Origin: Amphiscolops sp. MND2022
Taxonomy: Eukaryota
Direction of reading: 5' to 3'
DNA length: 60,000 nt
Assembly (NCBI GenBank): GCA_964187785.1
Contig: OZ076409.1
Location: 34,784,001 to 34,844,000, forward strand
Positions 13,401-23,899 of the stretch are shown here, piece by piece (within the stretch, counting starts at the first letter, position 1; every line of letters begins with the position of its first letter). The position numbers and the translations under genes were made by a program. The notes under the pieces were generated by a model, which was given only the letters and a program-made list of their open reading frames with translations, made no database searches and was not told the origin of the DNA.

Positions 13401-16400
13401 ATTGTTGATTATTTCCAGCATTTTAACTTTTCAATTGTCTTTAACTCTCAAAATGACTCACTTTAGTGTACTTCCATAGGGGATAAGTTCTGTTGGTTTG
13501 AAAAATTGTTGATTATGTCCAGCATTTTGGTTTTTTATTTTTCTTTAACTCTCAAAATGACTCACTTTAGTGTAATTCCAAAGGTGATAAGTTCTGTCGT
13601 TTCTAAAAATTGTTGAATATTTCCAGCATTTTGACTTTTCAATTGTCTTTAACTCTCAAAATGGCTTACTTTAGTGTACTTCCATAGGGGATAAGTTCTG
13701 TCGGTTTGAAAAATTGGTGATTATGTCCAGCATTTTGCTTTTTTATTTTTCTTTAACTCTCAAAATGACTCATTTAGTGTAATTCCATAGGTGATAAGTT
13801 CTGTCGTTTCTAAAAATTGTTGAATATTTCCAGCATTTTAACTTTTCAATTGTCTTTAACTCTCAAAATGGCTTACTTTAGCGTACTTCCATAGGGGATA
13901 AATTCTCTCGGTTTGAAAAATTGTTGATTATGTCTAGCATTTTAACTTTTCAAAAGTCTTTAACTCAAAATGGCTTACTTCAGTAAACTTCCATAGGGGA
14001 TAAGTTCTGTCGGTTTGAAAAATTGTTGATTAGGTCCAGCATTTTAGTTTTTTATTTGTCTTTAACTCAAAATGGCTTACTTTAGTGTACTTCTATATGG
14101 AATAAGTTCTGTCGGTTAAAAAATTTTTGATTATGTCAAGCATTTTAGGTTTTTATTTGTCTTAACTCAAAATGGCTTACTTTAGTGTACTTCCACGGGA
14201 GATAAGTTCTCTCGGTTTGAAAAATTGTTGATTATTTTCAGCATTTTAACTTTTCAAATGTCTTTAACTCTCAAAATGGCTCATTTTAGTGTACTTCCAT
14301 AGGGGATGAGTTCTCTCGGTTTGAAAAATTGTTGAGTGTCAAGCATTTTAGGTTTTTATTTGTCTTTAACTCTCAAAATAGTTTACTTCAGTATACTTCC
14401 ATAGGGGATAAGTTCTGTCGGTTTGAAAAATTGGTGATTATGTCCAGCATTTTGGTTTTTTATTTTTCTTCAACTCTCAAAATGACTCACTTTAGTGTAA
14501 TTCCATAGGTGATAAGTTCTGTCGTTTCTAAAAATTGTTGAATATTTCCAGCATTTTAACTTTTCAATTGTCTTTAACTCTCAAAATGGCTTACTTTAGC
14601 GTACTTCCATAGGGGATAAATTCTCTCGGTTTGAAAAATTGTTGATTATATCTAGCATTTTAACTTTTCAAAAGTCTTTAACTCAAAATGGCTTACTTCA
14701 GTAAACTTCCATAGGAGATAAGTTCTGTCGGTTTGAAAAATTGTTGATTAGGTCCAGCATTTTAGTTTTTTATTTGTCTTTAACTCAAAATGGCTTACTT
14801 TAGTGTACTTCTATATGGAATAAGTTCTGTCGGTTAAAAAATTGTTGATTATGTCAAGCATTTTAGGTTTTGATTTGTCTTAACTCAAAATGGCTTACTT
14901 TAGTGTACTTCCACGGGAGATAAGTTCTCTCGGTTTGAAAAATTGTTGATTATTTTCAGCATTTTAACTTTTCAAATGTCTTTAACTCTCAAAATGGCTC
15001 ATTTTAGTGTACTTCCATAGGGGATGAGTTCTGTCGGTTTGAAAAATTGTTGATGATGTCCAGCAATTTAACTTTTCAAATGTCTTTTACTCTCAAAATG
15101 GTTTACTTCAGTATTCTTCCATAGGGGATAAGTCCTCTCGGCTTGAAAATTTGTTGATTATTTCCAGCATTTTAACTTTTCAAATGTCTTTAACTCTCAA
15201 AATGGCTTATTTTAGTGTATTTACATAGGGGATAAGTTCTGTTGGTTTGAAAAATTGTTGATTATGTCCAACATTTTAGTTTTTTATTTGTCTTTAACTC
15301 TCAAAATCGTTTACTTTAGTGTACTTCTATATGGAATAAGTTCTCTCGGTTTGAAAAATTGTTGATTATTTCCAGCATTTTAACTTTTCAATTGTCTTTA
15401 ACTCTCAAAATGGCTTACTTCAGTATTCTTCCATAGGGGATCAGTCCTCTCGGTTTGAAAAATTGTTGATTATGTCCAGCAATTTAACTTTTCAAATGTC
15501 TACTCTCAAAATGGCTTACTTTAGTGTACTTCCATAGGGGATAAGTTCTCTCGGTTTGAAAAATTGTTGATTATTTCCAGCATTTTAACTTTTCAAATGT
15601 CTTTAACTCTCAAAATGGCCTATTTTAGTGTACTTCCATGGGGGATAAGTTCTGTCGGTTTGAAAAATTGTTGAATATGTCCAGCAATTTAACTTTTCAA
15701 ATGTCTAACTCTCAAAATGGCTTACTTCAGTATTCTTCCATAGGGGATAAGTCCTCTCGGTTTGAAAATTTGTTGATTATTTCCAGCATTTTAACTTTTC
15801 AAATGTCTTTAACTCTCAAAATGGCTTATTTTAGTGTATTTACATAGGGGATAAGTTCTGTCGGTTCGAAAAATTGTTGATTATGTCCAGCAATTTAACT
15901 TTTCAAATGTCTTCTCTCAAATTGGCTTACTTTAGTGTACTTCCATAGGGAATAAGTTCTCTCGGTTTGAAAAATTGTTGATTATTTCCAGCATTTTAAC
16001 TTTTCAAATGTCTTTAACTCTCAAAATGGCTTACTTCAGTATACTTCCATAGGGGATAAGTTCTGTCGGTTTCAAAATTTGTTGATTAGGTCCAGCATTT
16101 TAGTTTTTTGGTTTAAACTCTCAAAATGGCTTACTTTAGTGTACTTCCATAGGGGATAAGTTCTCTCGGTTTGAAAAATTGATTATTTCCAGCATTTTAA
16201 CTTTTCAAATGTCTTTAACTCTCAAAATCGCCTACTTTAGTGTACTTCCATAGGGGATAAGTTCTCTCGGTTTGAAAAATTGTTGAATATGTCAAGCATT
16301 TTAGCTTTTCAAATGTCTTTAACTCAAAATGGCTGACTTCAGTATACTTCCATAGGGGATAAGCTCTGTCGGTTTGAAAAATTGTTGAATATGTCCAGCA

Positions 16401-16710
16401 TTTTGGTTTTTTGTTTTTAACTCTCAAAATGACTCACTTTAGTGTACTTCCATAGGTGATAAGTTCTGTCGTTTCTAAAAGTTGTTGATTATTTCCAGCA
16501 TTTCAACTTGTCAATTGTCTTTAACTCTCAAAATGGCTTACTTTAGTGTACTTCCATAGGGGATAAGTTCTGTCGGTTTGAAAAATAATTGATTATGTCC
16601 AGCATTTTAGTTTTTATTTGTTTTTAACTCAAAATGGCTTTCCATGGGGGATAAGTTCTGAAAAATTGATTATATCCAGCATTTTAGTTTTTTTAAATGT
16701 CTAACTCTCC
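10469..16710. repeat. Satellite array, ~104-bp monomer, about 60 copies, with higher-order repeats
   Basis: Monomer about CTTCCATAGGGGATAAGTTCTCTCGGTTTGAAAAATTGTTGATTATTTCCAGCATTTTAACTTTTCAAATGTCTTTAACTCTCAAAATGGCTTACTTTAGTGTA; diagnostic variants recur at about 415, 623, 718 and 1133 bp. Confidence 0.95.
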
Positions 16711-16748
16711 AAAGGTATTCGTTTCGAGTAATTTTTTAAGGGACCTGC

Positions 16749-17194
16749 TGTAATATTCTTTGAATATTAGAAGGTATTAAATTTTGTGATTTTGTGAAGC
16801 TAATTAATAAACCCTCACTGATTAATTTGACCCCAAGTTGGAGCTATGAATATTTAATCTTAATAAAACAACCCACCCCGGAATGCAAATAGTAATTTCA
16901 AGAACAATGAAAAAGCAATAAAAATATATTACGACCCACCCTCTAAATACATACATGGGCAGTTTTTAATAAAAAATATATTGGTTAATTTCCGCATGAC
17001 AGGAAACAATAAAGTGAAGAAAATAAAACATTGATGACAATAATTTGAAGACAAGAAATTTTGGGCTTCTATTGAATAGTTGACTGTAAAGCATCGACAA
17101 TAAAATCTTTTCTGTAAAGCCTTCCTCACGCCCCGCTCTGAAGAAACCTAAAGCAAAAGAGATCTCAAAATTGGAAAACCCCAAGAATTTTACA
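16749..17194 (+). repeat. 5' LTR
   Basis: TGTAATATTC...TTTTACA; matches 27110-27555 apart from about 5 substitutions; AATAAA motifs inside. Confidence 0.97.
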
Positions 17195-17208
17195 TGGTGA
17201 CAAGGAGG
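17195..17208 (+). promoter_or_regulatory. Primer-binding site
   Basis: TGGTGACAAGGAGG directly after the LTR CA; TGG is complementary to the tRNA 3' CCA. The primer tRNA is uncertain (resembles Ser(GCT)-type PBSs). Confidence 0.75.
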
Positions 17209-17224
17209 AAGTGAGGAAAAGACA

Positions 17225-18394
17225 ATGGCAGCTGCAAACCCTCAACCACACATCACACTCAACCCATTCCGCGGAAAACCAGATGAAAATTGGCCAGATT
17301 TCGAGAGTCTACTCAGAAGCTTGATCAATGTTGGAAACATCCCAGCGGCAAACCGACCACAATTCCTGCAACTACACCTACTAGACCAAGCCCTACAATT
17401 CTTTAGAACATTACCACAAGCTACAAGAGATAACTTCGATGCAGCTATTACAGCTCTGCGCAACCACTATTGTAACCCAAATCTTCGAGAATTACACAAA
17501 CTACAACTACATAACTTGAAATTTGATCACAAAACTGGTAGCCCAGAAGACTTCCTCGTACAAGTGCAAATCAAAGCAACACAAGCCTATCCTGACCCAG
17601 TGTTTGCACCTATTCCACCAGCTAACCCACCAAATGACCAAGCTGAAATTGACAGAGTTGCAGCAACAGAAGCAGCGAATCAGACTGTTTTGGACAATGC
17701 GACAAATGAAAGAAACAGAAGGATAAAAGAAATCTTCACAAACTCAATGCCAAACTTCATTAAAAGAAAACTTTTGGATCAAAATGAAGCAGCAACAGTT
17801 CAAGACTTGTGCACTGTGGCTCGAAGGCAAATGGTGTTCTTTGAGCTGTGCCCGAGTGACGATTGGTCCAGAGACGCATTCAACGAAGTGAGTACAACGC
17901 TCTCAGAAAACTTGGTTAGTGCGTTAACTAAATTAACTCAACAACAGGATGAAATCAAACAACACCAAACTGAAATGTCAAACAGAATCAACACATTCAG
18001 CTCTCAAGACATGGGTAACCAGAATTACAACAACGACAATAATCAGAACAGAAACTCTAACTACAGAGGTAACAACAGATACAATAACTCGAGAGGATAT
18101 AGAGGAAGAGGAAACTTCAATCGAGGAAACAACAGAGGAAGAGGTAGATATAACAACAACAGAGGGTACTATGGCAACTACAACAATAACAGAGGTTACC
18201 AAAACAACTATGGTAACAACAACCCACAGCTACAACAGTCATCTAATGATGGACATATTGAAGAGACCAGTTACTCGAAAAATGTATGTTACAACTGTGG
18301 ATACCCAAACCACTACGCCAAAGATTGTATTCAACGTCAACCAGCACAGAGAAACCAGCAAATTCCATATCAAACAGCACCAAAAAACGAGTAG
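17225..18394 (+). CDS. gag: Gag polyprotein (389 aa)
   Basis: ATG ORF after the PBS; N-terminal PFRGKPDENWPDF retrotransposon-gag motif; Asn/Arg/Gly-rich region; CCHC knuckle CYNCGYPNHYAKDC. Confidence 0.93.
   Translation: MAAANPQPHITLNPFRGKPDENWPDFESLLRSLINVGNIPAANRPQFLQLHLLDQALQFFRTLPQATRDNFDAAITALRNHYCNPNLRELHKLQLHNLKFDHKTGSPEDFLVQVQIKATQAYPDPVFAPIPPANPPNDQAEIDRVAATEAANQTVLDNATNERNRRIKEIFTNSMPNFIKRKLLDQNEAATVQDLCTVARRQMVFFELCPSDDWSRDAFNEVSTTLSENLVSALTKLTQQQDEIKQHQTEMSNRINTFSSQDMGNQNYNNDNNQNRNSNYRGNNRYNNSRGYRGRGNFNRGNNRGRGRYNNNRGYYGNYNNNRGYQNNYGNNNPQLQQSSNDGHIEETSYSKNVCYNCGYPNHYAKDCIQRQPAQRNQQIPYQTAPKNE
18382..18388 (+). promoter_or_regulatory. Probable -1 programmed ribosomal frameshift site (gag-pol)
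   Basis: A AAA AAC heptamer in the X XXY YYZ register of the gag frame, one codon before the gag stop; the protease ORF is in the -1 frame. No stimulatory structure identified by eye. Confidence 0.8.
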
Positions 18395-19627
18395 AGCCAC
18401 GCCAGTATGAAGACAAAACGGAAGAAACGACACAAAGAGAGGACCACCAAATTACTGCATGCATATCCCTTGAGGGTGATATTCTATCCTATGTACCACT
18501 AAAATTTTCCTCTAAAGAAACAAGAAAAGCTCTGATTGACACTGGAGCCTGTGCAAATGCCATCAGTGAACATGACTTTGAAGACTTGAAATCTTCTTGT
18601 GGAAATATCTCGCAACTCACTACACCAAAACAGGTCAGTAAAGTGAAATTAGCTTCCGGACAACTTATACCTGTGCGTGGCCAAATAGAACTCCAATTTT
18701 CCATTGCAAATCATTCCTTTAGGGAAACATTTCTTGTCCTGCCCAATACAAACAGTATTATTTTGGGAAACCCTTTTTTCAAAAAAAAACTCTGTAGAAC
18801 TATACCCAAAAGAAAACTTGATGAAACTTCCAGACCTGACATTACAATTGAATGAAATGGACAAACTTGAGAAAACTACAAAAGCCCAGTACTCAATCAG
18901 AACGGTCGAGAAAACAACGATTGCCCCGAACCAACAAACAATTTTAAAATGCGTGTTACTCTCCAAAAATTAATTATCGGAACTTTGCGGGATAGTCGAA
19001 CCGAAAACTAGTTTCGAGGAAAAAACGGGTTTGTGCATAACCTCATCCCTTTCGAAAGTTGACTCCTCAGGTCACCTATTCATTTCTGCATTGAACCTTC
19101 AAGAAAATGAAGTCACGATACCTCGAAATTCAGACATAGCTCTTTAAATTTCTCTCACCCCAACAAGCTGAAACCTTAACACCAATTGACCCTCAATTAC
19201 TGACTTTAGCAAAATTCAAAAACCCAGATGATTTCGTCACTGAAATAAACCAATTGGTAATAGATCAAACTTTTAACTCAGAATCGCAACCTCCCAGACC
19301 TCAACCAGACTACAAAAGTTTTTGGTTCCAGACCCCTGAAACTTGTCGAAATACGGAAAAACTCCGAGGAGTGGAAAAAAGGATTTATGAGGAACTATTG
19401 AAGCTCCAAGAGTTAGATAAAATAGACCCACAAATGGACGCTAGCTACCGTGAAACATTCCTCCAAAGATTCCAATGGAAAGACTCAGTACTGAATCGAC
19501 ATCAAAAACAACAACTAGAAGAGCTACTGATTGAATTCTCGGATATATTTGCCAAACATAGATTTGACGTCGGTTATAATTCGGAAATAACAATGAAATT
19601 GACTCCTGAACATGATAAACCTGTCCA
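18388..19627 (+). pseudogene. pol: 5' part of pol: aspartic protease and linker, disrupted
   Basis: ALIDTGA and ILGNPF protease motifs. Frameshifts at the A9 run (18781-18789), at about 19143 and at about 19627, plus an in-frame TAA at 18971-18973. The segments join into one plausible polyprotein. Confidence 0.85.
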
Positions 19628-22600
19628 CGCAAAGCCCACCGACACCAATACACTTACGAGAGGAACTACAGGTTGAACTTGCACTTTTACAATATTTTGG
19701 AATTATCACCAGCCTCAACCATTCAAAATATAGCAGTCCAATTTTCGCACACCGTAAAACTAATGGAGAACTTCGAATCCTAGTAGACCTACGCCGTATC
19801 AACCATTTACTTCTTCATGATTATCACAACAATAACTTTCCAATCTCAACAATGGCAGACACAACTGCTCATTTTGCCGGAAAGAAACTGTTTTGCAAAC
19901 TTGATTGCTCTCAGGCCTACCATTGTGTACAAATGGCAGACCCACTCTCGGTACAAGTATTGGCATTCAACTTTGCTTCACGAACCCTAGCCTATCAGCG
20001 ATTAGCGAGAGGATTGAACCGATCTGTAACTGGATTCAGTGCTTTTGTGAGAAACTATTTGGAACCATGCCTCTCAGCAAATGTGTGTACACAATTCATG
20101 GACGACATCGGATGTGGAGTCGAATCACCGGAACAACTCCTACCATACCTCAGACAAATATTCCAATGTCTCAGACGCTCAGGACTCAAATTATCCCCAG
20201 AAAAGTGTGTATTTGGTTCTGAACAAGTGAGTTTTCTTGGAAATGTGATTACCAAAGAAGGCCTAAAACCAGAAAAAGAAAAAATAGAGAAATTCTTGAA
20301 AACACTGGAGATTCCAAAATCTGTTAAACAAGTAAAAAGACTGATAGGTTTCCTTCAGTTTTTCAGAAACTTCATCCCAAATTTGAATGAGCATCTCATA
20401 CCATTCTATAAACTACTGCGGAAAAATGTGGCTTTTGAAGTGACAGAAGAAATACTGGATTCGTTTGAAACCTTGAAGGAGAAACTCAAAACAACTGCAA
20501 CGCAAACACTACGATTGGCAAAACCAGGACTACAATATGTAATTTTGTGTGACGCAAGTTACCACTCGAGCGGATTCGTACTCATGATCGAAGACTATGT
20601 CAAAAATGGGAAAGGTGAAGATGTAAAGTCATACGCACCAGTCTCATTTGGATCGAAAGTCTTCAACACAGCTCAGTTGAAAATGTCAATCTACTGCAAA
20701 GAATTCCTGTCACTATATTTTGCCCTGGAAACCTTCTCACACTTCATATGGGGTAGCGAAAAACCTGTACTGATACTGACAGATAACAAGAGCCTCACAC
20801 GCTTCTTTCAAGCAAAGACAATTCCTCCAGCACTTTGGAACTATGTCGACAGAGTAACCACATTCAACATAGTAGTCGCTCATATTCCCGGAAAAACAAA
20901 CGCAGCAGCGGATTTTTTATCTCGCCTGCAAACAAACCCAAACGAAACAGTAGAATTAAAACTTACAGACCGTATTCCGGTACGCGAAATAGAGATTGAT
21001 ATTCGAGCTAAATTACCAGACAATACAATAAATGAACTGTTCTCTGAAGAATTCCCCGATAACCTACTTCAAGTGGTTGATATGAACACATTAATAACAT
21101 TGAAACAATCTGGAAACTTTGAGAATGCCTCACAACACCTAAAAGCCCTGGCAACCCAAAATGAAGAAATCCAATTGACCAGATACAAACCAGCACTCCC
21201 GATCAACGCACTACAACTACAAAACCCGATGGACAATTATCCAGAACTTGAGACATCGGTGGCAATTCTAGAAAGGGAACAACAAAATGACGCCTTACTC
21301 TCGAAGGTGACAACCTGGCTTACAAAAGGTACAGAACCACCACATAATATTTATTCATCAGGAGAAGAACAGAAATATCGGAAACAACTCCCGCGATTAA
21401 CTATAAACAATGGAATCCTTAAACGGAACTATTACGATCATGACGGTACTATCCTTTATAAACAAGTATGTGTACCCAAACACATGCTAAAAGAAATCCT
21501 CTATAGAATACATAACTCACCCACAGGAGGACATTTGGGAATAACGAGAACAATTGCCGAGTTTCGTAGACGCTTTTACTGCCCGAATTACATAGAACAA
21601 ATTGCAAGCTACATCAGAAACTGCTCAACCTGTTTACAACTCAAACTTGTCCAACCATCTCGACTCAAACCTCCGCTAAGCGAACTATCTTCAAAAACAT
21701 CCTTCCCCGGCGACATAATGCAGATCGATATTCAAGGAGCATTTCCCTCATCTCCGTATAAATATGTGCTCACAGCAATTGATGTCTTTTCCAAATACCT
21801 TTTTGCGGTACCCTTGACCACAATAAGTGCGTCATCAGTAGCTGCAGCATTGGCCTCAATTATGTTCAATCACAGCTTTATACCAAAAGAAATAATATCG
21901 GACCTTGGAACACAATTTGTCTCAGAACTTTTTAGTGAACTGACAAAGCTCCTGGAAATCAAAATTACACATGCCTCTCTTAAGCACCCACAGACAATTG
22001 GAGTAGTTGAACGATCACACGCAGCACTCACAAGAATACTCAAACTAAACAGTAATGATACGTTCACAAACTGGCATCGGTATGTACCTTTGGCGACTTT
22101 CATCCACAATACATCATACCATACTTCTATTGGATGCGCACCAACAGTACTCTTCCACGGCAGAGAACCAATGAAACCGCTGGATCTCAGATTCTACAGC
22201 ACATGTATCCAAAAGGCAGCTTTCAATTACGACTTTGTGGAATCTTTACGAGATGAAATGTTAAAGAAATTCTCCAAAACAAAAGAGAGTCTCGAAAAGT
22301 CTTTCGCACGATACCGCAGGTATTATGATCAGAAAGCACGTGCAAACCCATTACAACAACACCAGTTTTGCCTCCTACTAAACCCTAAACTGACGGAACA
22401 ATCTACCTTCAGCTCCAAATTAATACAAAAATGGCATGCACTTTATAGAGTGGAAAAAGTATTGACAGACTCTAATTATCTTATTCGCAAAACTGGAACA
22501 AACTACACACAGATTGTGCATAGAATCAGGATCAGACCTATTACACCACAATACCAAGTTGAAGACATTCCCGAAATAGACCCTGCAAATTTTAGAACGG

Positions 22601-23640
22601 ACCCATCACTGGGACATAACAGAGGAGACACAGATTACTTCGACAGAGGCTACCCATCATTACTACAAGATGACACACCTGTTGAGTCTGTTCAACCGAC
22701 AACATTTGATAGCCCAGTAAGAGTTTCAATTTCATTCGGACAGAGCAATCAGGCCCAACAACACCTACCACCACCTATACCACCAGCGATAAACCCCAAT
22801 ACCGCGAATGAGAACCACACCATAGTAGAACCGGACCATACGAGGATACGACTAACACCCCCAGTCAACCTGACTGCAGACATACCGGAAACTTCCGACA
22901 GTTCGGATGAAAACCCTGAAACAATACAACCCGTGCGCAGATCAGAAAGAATAGCCACACAACCTCAACCAAACTTTAAACTGATTGAAGCTGCGGGAAG
23001 ACAATTGAAAACCCCAAACCCCATAAAACGGACATCACAAGAAACTAAAGAAGCACGTAACTTTATTGATCTACTCAAAAACCGCAGATTAGAACGCCAG
23101 CAAATGCAATTTGTCCAAAGACCTGGATCTCAACAAGAAGGACCGAATGAAAAAAGATCACGCCCAGACATCAATGAAATATGTCAGACAAGAAACAATG
23201 TCAACATAGTCTATGACAACATCTTCTGTTCGTCCTCTAGTATGGCACACTGCGTGTCTTCGGACTTTGCAATGGGGGTAGGTATAGCCAACCAGTTTGA
23301 CAGGCTATACCCCCGAATAAAAACACAATCATCGAAGAACCTTGCTCCTGGTTCAGTTTTTGCATACTATGACAAGTATTCCCGACGATGGATATACAAC
23401 TTGGTGACGAAACGAAAATTTTTCGACAAGCCTTCAATTGCATCACTGCGTTCAAGCCTTCTACTGATGCGTGACCATGCTCAACGGTATGGAGTAGATA
23501 ATATCCGATTACCCAAACTTGGATGTGGAAGAGACAAACTCCTATGGCAACAAGTACGCAACCTCTTGATAGAAGTCTTCCAACACACGAATTTGACGAT
23601 AACCGTTTGTGTACTTCCTCACAGAGCACCCTACGCCTAA
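19612..23640 (+). CDS. pol: Pol: reverse transcriptase, RNase H, integrase and C-terminal macrodomain (uninterrupted)
   Basis: RT: LVDLRRIN, KLDCSQAY, FMDD (20095-20106). RNase H: ILCDAS, KEFL, TDNKSL, ADFLSR. Integrase: HNSPTGGH...CSTC zinc finger and D (QIDIQG), D (ISDLG), E (VERSH). The listed ATG is not the true start; Pol would be made as a Gag-Pol fusion. Confidence 0.95.
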   Translation: MINLSTQSPPTPIHLREELQVELALLQYFGIITSLNHSKYSSPIFAHRKTNGELRILVDLRRINHLLLHDYHNNNFPISTMADTTAHFAGKKLFCKLDCSQAYHCVQMADPLSVQVLAFNFASRTLAYQRLARGLNRSVTGFSAFVRNYLEPCLSANVCTQFMDDIGCGVESPEQLLPYLRQIFQCLRRSGLKLSPEKCVFGSEQVSFLGNVITKEGLKPEKEKIEKFLKTLEIPKSVKQVKRLIGFLQFFRNFIPNLNEHLIPFYKLLRKNVAFEVTEEILDSFETLKEKLKTTATQTLRLAKPGLQYVILCDASYHSSGFVLMIEDYVKNGKGEDVKSYAPVSFGSKVFNTAQLKMSIYCKEFLSLYFALETFSHFIWGSEKPVLILTDNKSLTRFFQAKTIPPALWNYVDRVTTFNIVVAHIPGKTNAAADFLSRLQTNPNETVELKLTDRIPVREIEIDIRAKLPDNTINELFSEEFPDNLLQVVDMNTLITLKQSGNFENASQHLKALATQNEEIQLTRYKPALPINALQLQNPMDNYPELETSVAILEREQQNDALLSKVTTWLTKGTEPPHNIYSSGEEQKYRKQLPRLTINNGILKRNYYDHDGTILYKQVCVPKHMLKEILYRIHNSPTGGHLGITRTIAEFRRRFYCPNYIEQIASYIRNCSTCLQLKLVQPSRLKPPLSELSSKTSFPGDIMQIDIQGAFPSSPYKYVLTAIDVFSKYLFAVPLTTISASSVAAALASIMFNHSFIPKEIISDLGTQFVSELFSELTKLLEIKITHASLKHPQTIGVVERSHAALTRILKLNSNDTFTNWHRYVPLATFIHNTSYHTSIGCAPTVLFHGREPMKPLDLRFYSTCIQKAAFNYDFVESLRDEMLKKFSKTKESLEKSFARYRRYYDQKARANPLQQHQFCLLLNPKLTEQSTFSSKLIQKWHALYRVEKVLTDSNYLIRKTGTNYTQIVHRIRIRPITPQYQVEDIPEIDPANFRTDPSLGHNRGDTDYFDRGYPSLLQDDTPVESVQPTTFDSPVRVSISFGQSNQAQQHLPPPIPPAINPNTANENHTIVEPDHTRIRLTPPVNLTADIPETSDSSDENPETIQPVRRSERIATQPQPNFKLIEAAGRQLKTPNPIKRTSQETKEARNFIDLLKNRRLERQQMQFVQRPGSQQEGPNEKRSRPDINEICQTRNNVNIVYDNIFCSSSSMAHCVSSDFAMGVGIANQFDRLYPRIKTQSSKNLAPGSVFAYYDKYSRRWIYNLVTKRKFFDKPSIASLRSSLLLMRDHAQRYGVDNIRLPKLGCGRDKLLWQQVRNLLIEVFQHTNLTITVCVLPHRAPYA
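23194..23637 (+). other. TARG1/OARD1-like (Poa1p-type) macrodomain at the Pol C-terminus
   Basis: MAHCVSSDFAMGVGIANQF...WIYNLVTK...KPS...LPKLGCGRDKLLWQQVRNLLIEVF...ITV matches the TARG1 motifs AHCIS-D--MGAGIA, IYYLITK, KPT and MPRIGCGLDRLQW. Catalytic-position Lys at 23410 and Asp at 23533. Confidence 0.9.
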
Positions 23641-23899
23641 TGACGGACCACCAACCTTCCCATACCAGACACCCGTAAGTTAACATTAACCAACACTACC
23701 AACCAACCGAATTTACCCTTGAAAACCGTGAAAAATCTATGTTCCTTCACTTTCGCAACCTGCAAAAAACCCCGGAAAACCCATGGATTGAAAAATTTCT
23801 GCAGAAAAACTTCAAGGACAGGTCCTTAGACAAGCCACTATTCGAAAAATGAGCAGAGAATAGACTATTTCGACATACGACATTCAGCATTGACCACAT

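Noticed and set aside
10469..16710. CRISPR-like regular repeats and short ORFs in the array
   Set aside because: Whole monomers repeat with no unique spacers and no cas genes, in a eukaryotic context; the ORFs are by-products of the satellite.
16929..17129. 66-aa minus-strand ORF duplicated at 27290-27490
   Set aside because: Lies within the LTRs and has a non-ATG start; the duplication is explained by the LTRs.
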